From NCBI RefSeq assembly GCF_048593235.1, contig NC_133618.1, forward strand, positions 389,874,562-389,938,561: a DNA stretch of 64,000 bases. The letters run 5' to 3'. Each line of letters starts with the position of its first letter. Position 1 is the stretch's first letter. Below the pieces are notes generated by a model. It did not search any database. It was not told where the DNA came from and saw only the letters and a program-made list of their open reading frames with translations. This DNA comes from Sminthopsis crassicaudata. Lineage: Eukaryota. Below, one piece after another: positions 62,600 through 64,000 of this stretch. Made by a program: the position numbers and the translations under genes.

Positions 62600-62940
62600 T
62601 CATCTTCAGACTCCAGAAATTTTCCCTGTCTGTCCCTCTCTCTTTCTCCCCTTCCTAGCTCTCCTGACTTCCTTCCAATCCTAGTTCAAATTCCATCTTC
62701 TATAAAAAGCCTTTTTTGATCCCCCTTAATATCAGTACCTTTTCTCTGTTGTTTATCCCCAATTTATCCTGTCTAGAGCATGTTTGTACATAATTTTTTG
62801 TATGTTGTCTCCCCTACTGGGCTGTGAGTTCCTCAAGACAAAGTGTTGTCTTTTGCCTTTCTTTGTATCCCCAGCATTTAGCACTGGGACTGGAACATAG
62901 TAGGTACTTAATAAATATTTATTGACTGCCTGACTGACAT
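62600..62940 (+). mobile_element. LINE-2 3' end
   Basis: ctgtgagttcctcaagac...tgtatccccagcatttagcac...acatagtaggtacttaataaatatttattgactg. Confidence 0.7.
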
Positions 62941-63464
62941 GGGAAGGGTACCTGAATGAGGGGAAGCTATATTTTATTTTCTTCCCTGAAGTAAAAAAGG
63001 GAAATGGGGATAGACAAATGCCATGTGACACTTTACTCTCCCCAACCTCCACACCCCATTCTTCACAAGGGAGGAGACTGGTTTCTAGTTTATTAACATC
63101 CACTGCTGTAAGACTCCTGCATGTCACAGGTTCTTAAAATCTCCATTACCAAGCTCCCTTTCTTCTCCACATTTTTAGGTTATATCTGGAGGAGAATGTT
63201 ATTGTCTCCCGCAGTTAAATGTGTCAAGTTCAGTATCTCAGACAATTCCTCCAGGCCCTTTGGCGGTGAAAGAGAATTACAGGAGCTAGAAGAAACTTGA
63301 GAGGTCATCTAGTTCAGCCTGGACCTAAGCTGGAATCCCCTTTGCAGTACTCCCAGTAAGGAGATATCCAGTTTCTGTTTTTCTGCTACACTGGTATGGT
63401 CCTCAAATGGCCAATTATCTAAAACAGGTACAAGAATAGCACCAGGAAGAATATAATAATATTA

Positions 63465-63640
63465 ATCATAGCCCACATTTAGCACTTTATGGATTGCAAA
63501 GCATTTTATACATTACCTTATTTGATCCTCACAACAATGCTGTTAGGTAAGTGCTATTTTCATTCCCATTTTATAGATGAGGAAACTGAAGCTGAGAATA
63601 TGACTTTTCCAAAGTCACACAGCAGGCAGAATTCAATCGC
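63465..63640 (-). mobile_element. MIR SINE
   Basis: tttgatcctcacaacaatgctgttagg...cccattttatagatgaggaaactgaagc. Confidence 0.6.
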
Positions 63641-64000
63641 TGATTCCTGTGAAAATAGGTGTGTGGAGATGGTAGAGGTGAGGTTGTGGGGAATATCAGA
63701 ACAGGGATTCCTTACTCTTCTCCCTGAGATTGGACTTCTAGTGAACTGAGATTGTGAAAGGGGAGTAGGAAGGGAAATAGGAAGTTGGATTATTTTTTTT
63801 TGTGGGGAGGGGTAATTTCTTTTAGAGAAAGAACTTTCCCTTTACCAAATTCCATATCTTTGTACTCTGACCAGTATAGTTCTTTTTAATAAGAGACTTG
63901 TTGAATGAATGTATAAACGCATGAATAAATACTGTCAAGCCTATCTCCTCCAATGTTTCCCCAAATCCCAATGTATGTTCCAGGGGGTTTCTGCCCCAGG

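Overview
Mammalian genomic DNA, very probably a dasyurid marsupial (WSINE1-type SINE, marsupial L1 3' ends, N-gapped assembly), orthologous to human 5q31.3. Gene order: the 5' end of HDAC3 (-, exons 1-3, rest off the left edge), RELL2 (+, complete, 301 aa), FCHSD1 (-, 20 exons) and ARAP3 (-, 32 coding exons, 1566 aa, plus a non-coding first exon). About 34 kb of gene-free sequence follows, containing L1/L2/MIR/SINE repeats, a nested L1 cluster, an orphan CpG island and three assembly gaps. All exon boundaries were read by hand and are GT-AG. Main observations: (1) an apparent 1-nt frameshift in FCHSD1 exon 11; (2) crossed poly(A) signals of convergent RELL2 and FCHSD1; (3) an AUG-GCC-UGA micro-uORF just before the ARAP3 start; (4) a single instead of tandem PVYEE phosphotyrosine motif in ARAP3; (5) a helically phased POU-octamer array at 45.9 kb; (6) a HOX/PBX/MEIS motif cluster beside the orphan CpG island; (7) an L1 with an inverted 3' segment. 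I see no convincing novel protein-coding system. Comparisons to human proteins are from memory, not from a search.
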